From assembly GCA_036630325.1 (NCBI GenBank), contig CP142733.1, forward strand, positions 372,001 through 436,000: a DNA stretch of 64,000 nucleotides, in the 5' to 3' direction. Positions within the stretch are counted from its first letter, which is position 1; every line of letters starts with the position of its first letter. The notes beneath the pieces were generated by a model that did not search any database, was not told where the DNA came from, and was given only the letters and a program-made list of their open reading frames with translations. Positions 26,348 through 41,200 of this stretch are shown piece after piece. The position numbers were made by a program, and so were the translations under genes. Source of the DNA: Vairimorpha necatrix. Taxonomy: Eukaryota.

Positions 26348-27589
26348 TTATTTTTTGAGATGTTCATTGATCCTAATGAGTTCATTGTATTTTGAAACCC
26401 GCTCCCCTCTGCACGGAGCACCGGATTTTATATAATCTGCTCCGATACCTACTGCTAAATGACTGATAAAAGTGTCTTCTGTTTCCCCGCTTCTATGAGA
26501 TACCATAATTTTCATCCCAAATTTTCTAGCGATATTAACAGCATTTAACGTTTCCAAGACGGAACCTATCTGGTTTGGCTTTACTAACAACACATTGCAC
26601 AATTTTTTTTCGCCGGCTTGCTTTACTAGATTGATGTTTGTAACAGTAAGATCATCCCCTACAATATTCAAGCCTGAGGGAGCTGCTTTCGAAAAAATTT
26701 CCCAGCCTGTTGTATCATCCTCGCTGAAAGGATCTTCAATACTATATATATTTGGATGTTTTTGTATCAAATGCAAATAATATTCACATAATTCATTAGA
26801 AGTCATTTTGATTCCGTTTAAATCATATTTTCCATCTTTATAAAAACTATTTGCTGCTACATCCATAGCTATTTTATAATCAGTAATACCACACAAAGTT
26901 CCAGTTTCTTTTAAAAGATCCATAGCTTCGTCCACATTTTTTAAGGGTGGCGCAAATCCTCCTTCATCTCCTACACTTGTATATGTACTACCATATCTTC
27001 TTATAATGACATTTTTTAATTCTTGATAGAACACACTGCCATATTCAATATTTTTTTCAATATCCCCAGCATTAAATTTTATCATTATTTCTTGAATTGA
27101 AAAATTATTACCCGAATGCATTCCTCCATTCAAAATATTAAAATGAGGTACTGCCATATTTGCTACGTTTCCGTTGATTTGTGCAATATACTCAAACAAT
27201 TGAAGATTATTAAGGTGTGCTGCTAATTTACACAAACTTAGAGATAAGGGCAAAATACTATTTACCCCGATATTCTGTTTATTATTGCTTTTATCTATTT
27301 CCAACATTATTTCATCATTTTTTAATGAGTCTAAGAGATTTACAGTAGTCTCCATAAGTTTTGGAACTATTACATTTTTTATAATCTGATGTATATCGTC
27401 AATCGACTTTCCCCTATATTTAATTCTATTGTCTTTTAAAACAATGCATTCATTTGATCCCACTGAAGCTCCAGCTGGGCAAGATGATCTAAAAATATTA
27501 TTTTTATATATTATATCCACTTCTGAAGTTGGATTTCCCCTACTATCTAAAATTGTTCTACTTTTAAATTTTAAATCTTTAATATCCAT
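26348..27589 (-). CDS. ENO: Enolase (2-phosphoglycerate dehydratase), 413 aa
   Basis: ILDSRGNPT, NGGMH, VGDEGGFAP, IEDPF, VGDDL, LVKPNQIG, SHRSGETED and KYNELIRI motifs. Intact and intronless. Confidence 0.98.
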   Translation of the reverse strand: MDIKDLKFKSRTILDSRGNPTSEVDIIYKNNIFRSSCPAGASVGSNECIVLKDNRIKYRGKSIDDIHQIIKNVIVPKLMETTVNLLDSLKNDEIMLEIDKSNNKQNIGVNSILPLSLSLCKLAAHLNNLQLFEYIAQINGNVANMAVPHFNILNGGMHSGNNFSIQEIMIKFNAGDIEKNIEYGSVFYQELKNVIIRRYGSTYTSVGDEGGFAPPLKNVDEAMDLLKETGTLCGITDYKIAMDVAANSFYKDGKYDLNGIKMTSNELCEYYLHLIQKHPNIYSIEDPFSEDDTTGWEIFSKAAPSGLNIVGDDLTVTNINLVKQAGEKKLCNVLLVKPNQIGSVLETLNAVNIARKFGMKIMVSHRSGETEDTFISHLAVGIGADYIKSGAPCRGERVSKYNELIRINEHLKK

Positions 27590-28165
27590 AGAAATTACCT
27601 TCTTCTTTTTTTTTTATAAGATAACTGACAAATAGATTTTGCTTGTTATATTTTGATTTTGACAAATAAGAACAGTTTTGTTGTATTTTAGTTTAGACAA
27701 ATAAAATTTTTACATTTTACATATTTTTAATTTGTTTTATTTCAACCGTATAAAATACGGTACATTTTAAAACATATACAATAGAATTTTTTTTTATAAA
27801 AAAAATAAATTTAAATCTTTAAGTAAATTCTAGATATAGGAACAAACCCTTTTGAATTTTACTGTAAATATCAACTCTAAGCACTATGCATTACAAATGT
27901 TTAATATAAAAGATAGGCTATTAATAAAAACAAAATCACATTCTCATAAATGACCATACATGAATAATAGTGAATATTTTCCATGTACAAACTATTATTC
28001 GATAATTTATAAGAATTAAAACTGACTTGAAATGATTTGTAGATGTATGTTTCATGTTAGATAATTTATAGCCAATTATAAAATAAAAAAAAGACCAATA
28101 TCATTATATAAATTAACAAAAATTTGTAAAATGACAGTTAAATGCAAACTAGTACTTTGTACAAA

Positions 28166-28353
28166 TGATAAATCATTATATGATATATCTGATGCCATAA
28201 AATATATTCTAAAAGGTTCCCTTTATATTCGTCCAGTTCCCCCTTCAACATTAGTTTAAATATTTTACCCAAAGAGGGGTAAGAAGTAATAGAAGAAAGA
28301 ATAAAATCGCTTAAAAAATATTTTAAATGTTCTCCCTAGTGGTGGATACCACA
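28166..28353 (-). mobile_element. Probable solo LTR, family D
   Basis: Starts with a TGTGGTATCCACCAC hairpin on the minus strand. Homologous to 41362-41525. Candidate TSD ACAAA/ACAAG. Confidence 0.6.
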
Positions 28354-30339
28354 ACAAGTATTTTAAAGATGTTAAGCTATTGTTTTTCTTTTTCGATCGT
28401 GTATGACATATTTAGATTTGTAATATGATGACTACGTACAATCCTTCAGATAGATTATTTATTCACGTAAGTGCACTTTTCCCAAATCAGTTAAAGACTT
28501 TGGTAACGTGGTTATATATTTAGTATTTAATAGTTTGGGGTTGTTTGTTTTTAGAACAAATATGCTTTCTACATAGTATTTTTTTATTCATTACATACCC
28601 ATTATATCTATTATATGATCGATTATGTGACTTATGTTTAAAAGACGACGAGGCCTCTAATTGTTATCTGGTAATGATGTATATGAGAAGCATAAGAAAA
28701 AGCAGAGATGAAAGAACTTAATGTTAATTTTTCTATCTTATGTTCTTAAAGGCATCACAATAGGTATAAATAACTACATAAAAAAATATTTAATTCTTTA
28801 AAATTATTAAAAAAGAATTAAAATGAAGCCCTAATTTCTGTTCATCATTAAAAAAACACACTTAATGATCGAATAATTATTTTAAAATGTACTTAATATA
28901 ATTTTTATTCCGGTGTATGAAATTGGAAGTAAACCAATAAGTATTTGAAAATCAAAACAATGAACAAATTAAATTGTATACTTAAAGATTGGTCAGGTTT
29001 AAATAATGTTATCTGTTAAGAATATATATATTGAATACCAAGAAGGTTACTATGGAGTATAGAAAATACTTTACAGAAGTACTTTTATGTTTTAGCAGTT
29101 TTATTTTTATATAAAAAGAATGACCATTTTACTCCTACAAATATGAACGAATATCATGTCTTGAAGGTCTATAGAAATTATAATATATTGAAAGAAAAAA
29201 GGGTTTCCCATTAAAAACTATCAGGTCACATTTATATCGATATAATTTTAGTCTAATAAATTGATTGGGCATTCCCCGTTTCATAGATTTTTTGATGTCC
29301 TATCTGATTTTTATAATCCTTTAATTTTTGGAAAGTAATGTAAAAAAACAATACTTAATAAAATATTACATGCCTTCCTTTTTTATGTAAAAGATTATTT
29401 GTTTCGGTTACGACTACATATGTAATTAGTGCGTATGTTATTATAAGCTATACATTTCCAACAAATTATATCCCTGTGGCTATTTCATTAATTGCTCTCC
29501 CTTGTAAAATTTCCATTTTTATACTAATTTATCAACGTTTTGATAGAAAACTAGTATTTTGGGCATTTTATTGTAACGTCTAAAGTGTCTATATACATGT
29601 TTAATACTAATAATAATATTTTTCAATCCCTTATTATTTTTTTTTATTTATATTGTTAGTATTTTACGTTATAAATATTATATCAAAGATTACACTTACG
29701 ATTGATATCTTTATGTTCAGGTTTCTTTTATTTTAGATGTTACAATACATAAGATTTGAATTACTTGACAAAAGAAAAATTAGGGACGTTTACAGCAAAC
29801 TTTTCTCTAGTGTAGAATAAATACGGAATTTCAAAGCAAATTAAAAAAAATTCATTAAACCTATAACATGAAATAATAAAATTACATTTCTGACAATAAT
29901 ATGATACTTAAATTGAAAAACACATTAACTTTAGCATATATGTATGTGACAAAAATATAAAATAAAATTGGGTTAAATCAAATAGTGGTGGTTGGCGGTC
30001 AAATCATATGGGTATCAAATGAAATAGGTTTTCATGGCTAAAAGATTTTTATTTTAGATAATGATTGAAAACAAACGACCCTTTGTATATTAACTTATTT
30101 GAATAATATCGGTGAATTTTTGCCCATATCAATAATTCTAAATTTGAAATTGTTTTCTTTGTATAAGCGTAACAGATAAAAAACGTAGCATAAAGTATAT
30201 CGAATGAAAAAACGATTTATAAATATACAAACAACGATTAAATTAAAGTCTAAAGAGTTGTTTACTACAATAATAGTCTTGCCCCGATGCGTAGCAATAA
30301 TAATTGAACAATTGAATAGAAATATAATTATTTTATTAA

Positions 30340-30560
30340 AACCATTATTGTTCTTAACTTATTCTTCAATTTACATTCACTACCGCGCTCTATATCGGAT
30401 CACACCACTTTCTAGCTACCTCTACTATATTCTTGGTTCCAAATCCTCCCTTAGAAAGCCCCTGCCGGTGCTCAAAGGAGATGCTCTCTAATGCCTTCTT
30501 TATAACTCTAATTTCAGCGTAAGCTTCGGTACTAGTCGATAGGCCGATGGCAAACAAATT
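30340..30560 (-). mobile_element. 3' remnant of an RLE-type LINE
   Basis: EAYAEIRVIKKALESISFEHR resembles EAYIQMIT.KKTLESISLDYR of the other copies. Boundaries approximate. Confidence 0.6.
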
Positions 30561-31957
30561 CAATTTAACATAAAAATATAATACGTGCAAACCTTCCTGT
30601 TACTCTTTATGTCTAATTTTAAAAATAAACTTACTTATTAATGTATTTACTCCAAGGTCTATATGTTGAAAAATGCTATAAAAATAAAACATTTTATTTA
30701 CATTTTCAATGAACAAGCACGGAATTATATTTGATTTTTAGCACTTGTTCGTGATTAGTTAAACATTCAACTTTGACACTATCTAATTAAATTATATTCA
30801 CATTACTTTGGGCTTTCACAATAAAAAAAGTATTTTCTATAATATAAAATTTCTTGTGACAAAATATAAATAAAATCTCATTTGTAACTTTTATCGCAGA
30901 CATATTATTTTCATGACAGAGATGAAAATAGACATCTTTTGCAAAAACTTCGTTGTTTGCATGTTTTATTTTTATTTTCTGCGACGAATATTCTTAAAAT
31001 GAGCTTATAAATGGGCTTTCTTACGAATAATGTTTTACTTAAGTGATAATGCTTTTTGGCATTAAGTACGATATTAAGACAATTGCTACTAAAGAATTGA
31101 TTAAAATCATTACTCGGGGCCGTATAAGGATATAACCCCGCAAAGAACTTTACGTGTTATATAAACATAAATCGACAAATTTAAATTCTTGAAACGGCAA
31201 GAGAAAAAAAAAATAATTTAATGTGTAGGTATTGAAGAGGGATTTAAATTATATTTTTAACTGAGGCCATCAATAATTAAGCAGAAAGATTGAACTATTT
31301 TAATAACGTTTATGTAGTTTTTATATAATTGACTTTAATCTTTGTGGAGAATAGTAATGTAAGCATCAAAATTGGTAGATGGCTAAAACTAAGTGCTTCT
31401 GACATTATAAAAGAAAGAAATGTCTGGATAGAAGATTTAATGCAAAAAAAATGATAAAATACTTCATAAAAACATATTTTGTTATTAATTAAAAAGTCTT
31501 ATGCATAAAATTTTCATGATGAACAAGAAAACAAGAATATTTTTTTACTAGATATTGGAAATACAGTAAGAAAAAGCGAAGATTTTAAAAACAAAAAAAA
31601 TGTATCTTTTACTATTTATTAATATTAGCTTGTCTAAATTATATAGTAATTTGCTGAAAGCAAGAAGTGTGCAGTAGGACAATCTTAAATTGTATTATAT
31701 AAACAAAGAATAACGAAGAATTTTGTTTACACTATAACTCGTTGAATATCAAATATTTTACTTCTGCACGCGGCTTTTGAAAACTAACTCAAATTTAATC
31801 AATTGGGATAGAATATTTCATTTAAAAAGTGCGTTTTTTTAACGGGAACGTACGACCCCTTTTTATAGTTTTTTTTGATTGTTGTCGTTACGATAATTAA
31901 TTACATGTTAAGCTTTAAAAGAATGTTCTTCCCCCACGAATTTTTTTTAAATATATA

Positions 31958-32292
31958 GAAATGAATTTAATTAGGGCATGCTTTATGTAGTTTATATTTA
32001 TAGTTTCGCAAGAAAAGGTTGCGCGTTAGCGTATCCTGCTTGTAGGAAGTCTCTAGTCTTCAGAGTCCTATCACATCGGCTTTGTTTTCTCTCTTTCGGT
32101 AGTTAAAAAATGCTTTCTAGCATCTTCTTTGCGTGATCATCTGTATGTACGCTTCTACCTTCTGCGGGAGTACAAGTCTTATAATGCATGATTTGTGTAA
32201 CCTAACACACTACCGTCACAAGTGATTACTTAGAGAATCATATCTGTTTTAAAACCATATATTAAGCCTTTTAGTTCGCAAGAACATCATAA
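31958..32292 (-). mobile_element. 5'-truncated RLE-type LINE
   Basis: Reverse-complement homology to 16550-16885. Imperfect TSD TTAAATATATA/TCAAGTATATA next to a (TA)n tract. Confidence 0.85.
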
Positions 32293-32793
32293 TCAAGTAT
32301 ATATATATATATATTTAATAGCACAAAACAGTTTATTTTAATAAACGCCCATAGATAATGACCAAATTTAAGATGATAAACTTTGTGAGAATTATATTTA
32401 CGTATAAATAAAAACATTTATTTTATAATTCGCCTAACATCAAAGACGATGAAAAAATCTACATATTGAGAACTCTTTTACACAATGATTATTTTTAACA
32501 AATAACGAATAGACTAAGTTACAAAGGCGTAACACAAGAGGTTTAAGATTCTGAAAGTAGTATCAATAGATCCAATAATTAAAAATTTCTATTGTTTCAT
32601 CAAAAGTTTTGATGTCTGACAACAAAAACATCTATAAAATATCTAAGCTCGTATCTATTAAATAATTTTTTAACTATTTTATGATATATTATAGTCGGTG
32701 TTATAATTTATAACCAAAAAAAACAATAGAAGTATAGCCAATTTATATTTTATTTATACCGAATCCCCATTATAAAAAAATAAAATTTAAAAC

Positions 32794-33104
32794 TGTCATG
32801 TTTCCGTTTGACATGAATTTTTTATCATAGTTTTTAGTAGAATTATATTTATTGGGTGTTTTACTCTTTCTATTGGATTCCATGCCCTTCAACTAACACT
32901 TTCTTTTATATTTTAATTTATAAGTTCTTGTCGACACAAAAAACAAACATTGGCGTACTCACGAATTTAGATACAAGAAAACAACAAATATTTGTTTGTG
33001 TGGCTCATCTTTTGGGGCAACTTGAAATGCTTGACATATACTTTGACATATGTGACAGATGTTGTTTATGACATCTAAACATGTGATGTACATTAGACGT
33101 CACA
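32794..33104 (-). mobile_element. Solo LTR, family E
   Basis: TG...CA ends, perfect TSD AAAAC, terminal hairpin TGTGACGT...ACATCACA. Homologous to 24428-24760. Confidence 0.85.
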
Positions 33105-33998
33105 AAAACAATTATTATTGTTCAAAAAACTCAAATATTTTTACTCTATATACTATTTATTTTTTATACCAACATCTTGTATAAAAATAACAGCACAAAA
33201 ACTAAGATATCACCTACAATAAAACATTAAAAAGAACAATTTCTATGCCTTAATTGTATAATGATAAATTTACGAGCGGGATGGTTTAATCTAGTTTATT
33301 TTCTTGACATTTAATAAGAAGATACATTTTTTTAATACATTCATAAAGTTTACAAAAAAGTGAATAGATTATGGACCTTCATATACTCGAATATTAATCT
33401 TTAATTCAACATCATTTCTTTTCTACATATATCTTACGCTCAACTTTTTAGACACTTTCCCGAATTTTTTGTCAACCCCCTGTAGTATATATTCGTTTAC
33501 ATAAACCTACTATCAATTTATAACCATATACATTTAATAATGAATTTTAAAATGGTATTTGGTATTTCATTATAGCGCAAAGAATAAGCTTTATGTATCA
33601 ATTTGTTATTGCTACTAAATAATATGAAAGTTTGATACATTTTTAATCATGGAAAACCAGAACAAACTAAAATATATTTTTATTGACTGTAAGCTCTCTT
33701 TGGTATTTCGGCCGCTTATTTAGCATTTATACTATCTATATCCCCGAACCTTTTTTGATAAAAATTGTTGTTATATTGAACAAATTTTTATTTAGAATTG
33801 TATATTTGCCTTTTTTTGTTAAAATAACATTAAATTGACCTAAATGCTATTTTTTTTGTTTTGTTTACATAATATAGCAATTGTAGCATAAAAAAATCAC
33901 AAAAAATACTATTATATGGGAAATAATGCTCTTATCATTATAAATTATTCTGAAATTTATTAAATCAACTTATATATATATATATATAATATGTCGTA

Positions 33999-35348
33999 TG
34001 ATAGTACAATTGAACTCATTAAGGAAAAAAGAAAGTCACAAGTAAGAAATATTTGCAATACAAAACTTAACGCGAAGAACACAAAAAAATCAATTAATGA
34101 GTTTGCTATTTCACTTATAAATTATTATGTCGGTGTACTAGATTCAGAACCTGAGATATTTGAGGAGATAGAATCTTTATTAGAATATCATTGAACATAC
34201 ATAGAAGCTACTCATGGCCGGCATGCAAAGAAAGGTTATACCGCCCCTCGTAATGCGCTGGAAAGAGGACTTTCTAGTGCAGTATTTAAAAGGGAAAGCA
34301 TGCTACTCAACCCAAGGGCGGTCTTGAATAATCGGCCAATACCTACCCTAGAAGACAAGCTATTATATTAAATTGGGAAAAAAAGGAAACCATACTTTTT
34401 CCTAATTAAATCATACGTTAGAAAAATATAGGCTAATAGATGTGGAACAAAAATTATTAGCGGAGGCCTAGCTAACTACATTATTCAAAAACATAAAAAA
34501 TAAAACAGAAAATAAAAAGTTGTTTAGACCAAATAAAATCTAATAGTTGACATTAAAAATTCATCACTATGGCTTAAGGTAGGTAGCACTAATGTCAGGA
34601 AAGAAAGTAAGTTATGTGCACTTTAAGACTATAATATATCTAATGGATTGATTGGAAACTGCTCTCATTGAAATTGATCAGCAAAGACCTTGGATCATCT
34701 AACGACAAGGTGCGAAAAATCCCAGGACACGATTTTATGAGAAGGCATAATTTAATTGCTAAACGCATCCACCACTACAAAGTGAAACATACAAAGTGCA
34801 GCCCAAGAAGAGATTGAGAAACCACTCAGTACAAAAGATATTGCCAGCAAATATGTGGAAATAAGAATAGACACAACGGCAAAACAGATATAAAGATGAA
34901 ATACAATAAACCGGACATAGTAGTAGATAAAAAGATTGAATAAATCAGAATATTCGAATAGGTGTCGCATCACAAGAAAATCTACAGCAAGTAGAAAACG
35001 ATAAGTTAAGATAATATGATGTCCCTGCAAACTAACTGGGCAATGTATAATTTTAAAACAGCAATAATCTCCAACGTAATCACTTGGGGACTGTATAGTG
35101 ACTAAGTTTCACAAATCTTATACCACAAGACTCAAAATCCCTAAAAGGAGAGGCGTACATCTAGATGATCAAGCCAAATAAGACGCCAGAGAGCATTTCT
35201 TTAAACTGTCAAATTAGAGGAGACAAAGCTGATGTGGAAAGAACTATGGAGACGAGAAGTTACCTACAAGCAGGAAACGCTAACGCGGAACCTATCATTG
35301 TTTAATTAGAAGTTTTACTACACTAAGCATACCAAAATAAAATTTACT
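33999..35348 (+). mobile_element. 5'-truncated RLE-type LINE (end of RT, zinc knuckle, endonuclease), degenerate
   Basis: Perfect 12-bp TSD TAATATGTCGTA at 33987-33998 and 35349-35360. KLNAKN..KSINEFAISLINYY and KYNKPDI motifs. Confidence 0.9.
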
Positions 35349-36734
35349 TAATATGTCGTAAATTACGATGGTTTCTTCTACGAGGAGAAATTAATACATC
35401 CCGATATAGTCCACCGCCTAATAGATTAAAAAGTGTGCAAAAACATGCATTATACATCTTTCGAATTAATATTGTTTTAAAAAACTCAAAGGTGGGTATA
35501 TTTATGATTTTTTAAGAAAAGTGTTAATAATCGTAAAACCCCAATGTTTACTACAATTTCACGACATAGAATAAGTGTTTCGCTTTGGGGCATTTTTTAA
35601 TTAAATAGACCGAGCTACTCGTGCAATAGTTTTAATTTTATGCAATAAACGTTGAAATGATTGTCTATTTCAAAAAAAATTAACAGAAATTTCGAGAAGC
35701 TTGATGAAATTTTTTAATAATATAAAACAATAAACATAATATTTATCCCTTATAAAAAACATCGGCTTGATGTATGAACTTAATTAAAATCAATAAATTT
35801 ATTTATTCGTTTGCTTTCTATAACATCGGTCGTCCTTCTAAATATGTATTATTAAAACGCTAATCATCACATGTTAGTTAAAATGCAAGAATAAATGGAA
35901 CTTCAAGAATTTAATGTTACAGTATTATAATTATATATAACAAACACCCGCCACTATTAGGGCAATAGTAATAATATTTAAACATCTGTAATTACAACAT
36001 ATAATATATGGATTGCTAGTGAAATTGTAATAGAGGGGTTTTATTCATAATATGTGTTTAATTTATGATTGTAAATTATATGAAATTTCAATTGCTAGTT
36101 TACACAGTACGTTTTCCTTTTTTCTTACTAATTCTTGGCTTTATATTATTAAGTGTCATTATAGGTTTATGTGTAATATGCAATAATTTGATTTTTAGGC
36201 ATTAAAATTAGTTCGAATTTACATTTTGACCCATATTTAATATAACTTTTTAAAACTGTGAATCAGTAATACATTAGTCATAGAATTTATCTCTGAACAC
36301 TTCAATTATAATATTTTAATCTATCCAATTGGAGTAACTTTTATACGAATATACAAGTAGTATAAACTGTATTGTCTTATCAATTACACGATTTAAGTTT
36401 TCGCTCATATTTCATAAAAAATGTTAAATATATAAGTAGCCATTAAATTATTTTTTTTGATATATAAAAAGATCCACTCTGGTTTACATATTAATTCCAA
36501 ACAAACCGTATTCATCATATAAATATGCCAAAGAAATTTGTCTGAGAAGATGCATGGCTCAAATATTTAGGTTTAAAATTAAATTAAATAGCTTATCATA
36601 ATCTACCATGAATTCTTACTACTGAAACGAAGCATGAGGTGTAAATAAACAACTGTGTAAAACTATATAACTTAATGTTAAAACAGCATACAAGAAGGTC
36701 ATTACATTTTAATTACATGTTTAGAACAGAATAT

Positions 36735-36925
36735 AAATAATCTAGTTTTTTTTACCATCATTTATGTGCTCAACTTTGCTTCATGTTTAAGATGAGAAAT
36801 CTAAACTAGAGTTTATTTTACCATCATATATGTGCCCAACTTTGCCACAATCTTAAGATAAGATAAATCTAATCTAGAGTTTATTTTTACTATCATATAT
36901 GAGCCTTAACTTGCTACATGTTTAG
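36735..36925. repeat. Three tandem ~62-bp repeats
   Basis: Unit close to ATCTAGAGTTTATTTTACCATCATATATGTGCxCAACTTTGC...TTAAGAT. Confidence 0.8.
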
Positions 36926-38250
36926 CAACGTACATTCTATACAACTTTATTTTTAAATTTTTCATTTAATGTTTAGAACCCTTTAAGAGTTTATTAGCAA
37001 AAAAAATTATTTTACAATAAAGTCAAATGGCGTACAAATAAATCATAAATATTCTTTATGATTTGAGTCTTTTGACTAATAGTTTCAGTTTTATAATTTT
37101 ATGTCTAATGGTCTATAGTATTTCGGAATAAATCATTTCTAAACATATTAGTATGTTATAGTAAAAACACATCTCTTTATTCTAGAATCCTGTTCAAGAA
37201 TACATTTTAAAAAAAAGGTATTTAGTTGTTTATATTTATTTTTGTATTGTATTATCTTGTAGTTTGATACTACCCCATACGTAATTACAAAAGGAATAAC
37301 AATTGTTTTATACTTGTACATTTAAAACAGTTAATTTAAATTATGTAACCTTCATATAACACACAGCTCATTTTAGTATTTATAATAATTTAATGTTATT
37401 GTGATTTTGTAACCACAATTTTAATTCTTTTCTTAATTGCAATGCCAGCTACATGTATATTTACATATCAGCTTTAACACAATTATCTACTTCGAGTTTA
37501 TGACAATTAAATCTAAATATGACTTATGATATAAGATTGTATTTAGCAGTTATTGTTTGTTAGTTTTACATTTTTGTTATAATGATTTATTTTTGCGTTT
37601 CTTCCTTTTTATAACATGCCCTTCTTCTCGGCCTTGTACAAATATCCCATAAAAAAACACAATACCATGTTTAGGTTTGTATGATATGAATGAATAGATC
37701 GAACAATACAAGATAACTAAGTCTATGTTGTAAACTATGCTATAAACGCTTATATCTTCCATAATCTTTATAACTTTCAATAAAGTTATTAAAAGTTAAT
37801 ATCTTTTATTATTGTACCTGCGAAGAATTTTACGAGTATACATCGTTTGTATATTTAGTATGTAACTATATCCCAATTATGACTAAATTTTTAGCCTCTA
37901 AGAATTTGTAATAATTAAATTTATACTCATCGGATCAAAATACTAATAAATATTATAGAATCCATAAATTAACTTTCATATACATTATACAATAAAGTTT
38001 AAGGGGGGTTTAAAGAAAGCGGTTATGAAATATGTTAACCCAAACCTATCGTTTAGTATATAATTGTGCGCTGTTTTTTTACTTCAAATCAAATATTTAA
38101 GATAAATTATCTTTAATAGAAATGCCCCGCTACAACTGCTTATATTAGTTCGAAAACATTTTTCACGTTAGTTAAGCATTTTTCGGTCTATATAACTTTT
38201 ATAAAGGCCTTACTTTTTTGCCCAATGAGGCTTGTTATAAGTAGTTAGTA

Positions 38251-41200
38251 TGACGTACCAGGTATCATAAAACCTATGTATTCTTATATTTTTAATTCTT
38301 AATTTTGTTAAATAAAGACATTGGGGCGATACCGAACCGTGAGCTAACAAGTATTGGCCGTGGCCAAGGAGCCAGAAGGTTACTACAAGAGTTTAAGAGG
38401 ATTGTTTATGACAAGTATTGTCTAATTATGGTTTTGAGAAGAATGTAAAGAAGGAGACATTTGATCTTGGAACTGATGAGTTGAAAAAAACTTATGGTTA
38501 AGAATATTAAGATTGAAGATCATCAGAAGGTTATAAAACCAAATTAGAGTGCTGGTTAAAGTACAGGATGAAAGGGATAGGAGATTAAGGATGGTTGAGG
38601 AGGTCAAAAAGATGATGGCAGATGAGATTAGAGATATTTGTATAGAGAAAAGAATATTTGAAAATAGAAGAAGAATAAGATTTTAATTGTTATAGAATTG
38701 GACATAAGAGTCAGATGTGGGTATATAGATGTAGAAACGTTAAAAATAAAGACGAATTATGAAGATTAGAGAAGAAGGTAGCAGTAGCTGCGATGAAAGG
38801 CGCATAGGAACACATTGGACGCGAAAAAGCAAAAGAAGCAAGAATGGAAGACAAGAAAGAAAAGATCGGACTAACGTCAGAAGACATAAGAAAGAGGTTT
38901 AGGAATGTTTTTACAACGAAGAAGAGAAAATCAGCCATTGTTAAATCGAAAAGTGCAGAATCAGAACTGAGGAAGGTAAGAAAGTTGTAAGGAAAGGTCA
39001 GCAGGTGCCACAAGCATTTAAAGAAGAGCTGAGAAATTTTTTTTAGAAGTTAGAGACAAGGAATGTCTAACAAAGAATGACGTTGGAATGGAGAAATGGG
39101 ATTAAAGCTTTAGTTAAGCCAGATGAAAGTATAAGAGTAGTAAGCAAACTCATGGCATTAAATGATTTTGTATTGGAAGACCTATATATATTTGTGAACA
39201 TTAGGGATATCATACGGAAAATGCGAGGATCGAGGTTTTTTTAATGTTATAGACCCTAAGTAGGTTTTTTACGGAATCGAAATAAAAGAGCAAGATAAGC
39301 ATAAGACTGCTTTTAGAAAATGATAAGATAGTATATGAGTGGAATAGTATGGTCATGGATGTTAAAATTTCGCCCCAGATCATGCGGAGAATTATGAATA
39401 AGATTTTTGAAAACCATATGGGTGATAAAATAGAAGTGTACATGGACGATATATTGATTTATGCGAAGACTAAAAAGAACATGATAAATTATTTGTAGAA
39501 GCAATGGAATTAAAGAACGAAATAAACCGCGGATAAATTACAGAAAATTCAGTATTTCCAAATGAAGTAAAGTTATTGGAAGTTACACTAAACGGATATG
39601 ATATGATGCCGTCTTAAATCAAGGAAAATGAAGCATTAGAGTTTCTAACGTTGCAGAATGTGTCTGACATAAGAAGATTTTTAGGACTGAGTGGATGGTT
39701 ATGAGGATTTACTAAGAATTATGCGGAGAAGACATTATATATGACTGAAAGTTTAAAGGTAAAAGTAAAGTATGGAATTGGACTGATGATTTGAATAAAG
39801 AGTTCGAAAATATAAAAACGTTAAGAAGTATGAGTAAGTGAAAAATTGTAAACTATAACAACGAATTTTATTAAGAGTTGACGCGAGCAATATAAGAATG
39901 AGCACACCACCTATGCAGGAGAATGATAAAGAAGAGTGGGTGCCAGTACAATGGGCATCAAAGAAATTCACCCCGGCGGAAACTAGATATGGTCTAAGTG
40001 AAAAGGAAGTGTAAGCTATATATTTGGAAATAAAGAAATTTGAGTATGAGTTAAGAGAACGAAAATTTAAAAAAGAAACGGATCACAAAGTATTGGCGAG
40101 AATAAGAACCCCCCCCCCCGTGTTAAAATAATAATAAGATTAATCTATGGATTAAAAAGATCCAAGAGTTTGACTTTAGAATGAATTACAGGAAACCAGA
40201 GCATATGATTGTAGCGGATTTTTGAGTAGGATAGACGAAAAAGTTGATACGAGAAAAGAAATGATTAAAAAGAAGTGACCTCTAAACTGAAGGTAAACGG
40301 TTGAATGCGTTGAGATAATAGATGATTAAGAATATTGGAATATTGTTTCGGAGGAAAACATTGATTTCCAGAATAGAAGAAAGAGATGAGCTTATAAGAC
40401 GGTATCATGAAGAGCATAGACACAGGGGACGAGAAAGCATGTATTATGCCATGAGATTTGATTATTATTGGCCAGGAACAAAAGAAGATATAGGGAAAAT
40501 GATAAAAAGATGCGAGAAGTGTCAAATTTACAATAATAAAAAGTCTGGAGGATGCGATTTTGTTGCTACAGGCAGGTATTTAGAAAAAGTAGCGTTAGAT
40601 TTGATTATTTTAGAGATAAGGGCAAATATGTATTAGTTGCGATAGATTACTATACGAGGATAGCGTGGGGATGTGTATTATACGATAAGAAGAGATCCTC
40701 TGTGGCTCAATATATTGAGAACTTATGTAGAAATGGCAGAATGCCGGAGGAAATAATAACGGATAATGGGAAGGAATTTGATAATGTTAATGTAAGAATT
40801 TGTGTAGAAAATTGGATATTCCCATAATAAGGTGAGTGTCGAGTCTCATAGAAGCAATGGTAGAGTTGAAAGAGTTATAGGAACGCTGAAAGAGCTACTT
40901 TTGAAAATGAGTAAAGAGACGGCGAGTTTTGAAGATATAGTGTTGAAAAGTTTTAAAATCTATGATAATAGTTACCACGAAGGTATTTGAAGTACTCCCA
41001 ATAAGGCGTCAGAAGACAATACGGGGAAAATGATAATATTTAATGGACAAAAGGAGACTACAGTAAAAGATTTATTAGAAGATACAGAGAGCGATTTCTT
41101 GAAGGACAACGAGTAAGGATAGTTATGAAAGAAAACATTAAAGAATGTAATAATTATGAAAAGGGAAGGTTATTAGACGAAGGAATTATACTAATGGTAT

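Noticed and set aside
29970-30080. Short MITE
   Set aside because: Only weak terminal complementarity, no TSD and no second copy in the window.
36735-36925. CRISPR-like array
   Set aside because: The units are contiguous tandem copies with no unique spacers, and the context is eukaryotic with no cas genes.
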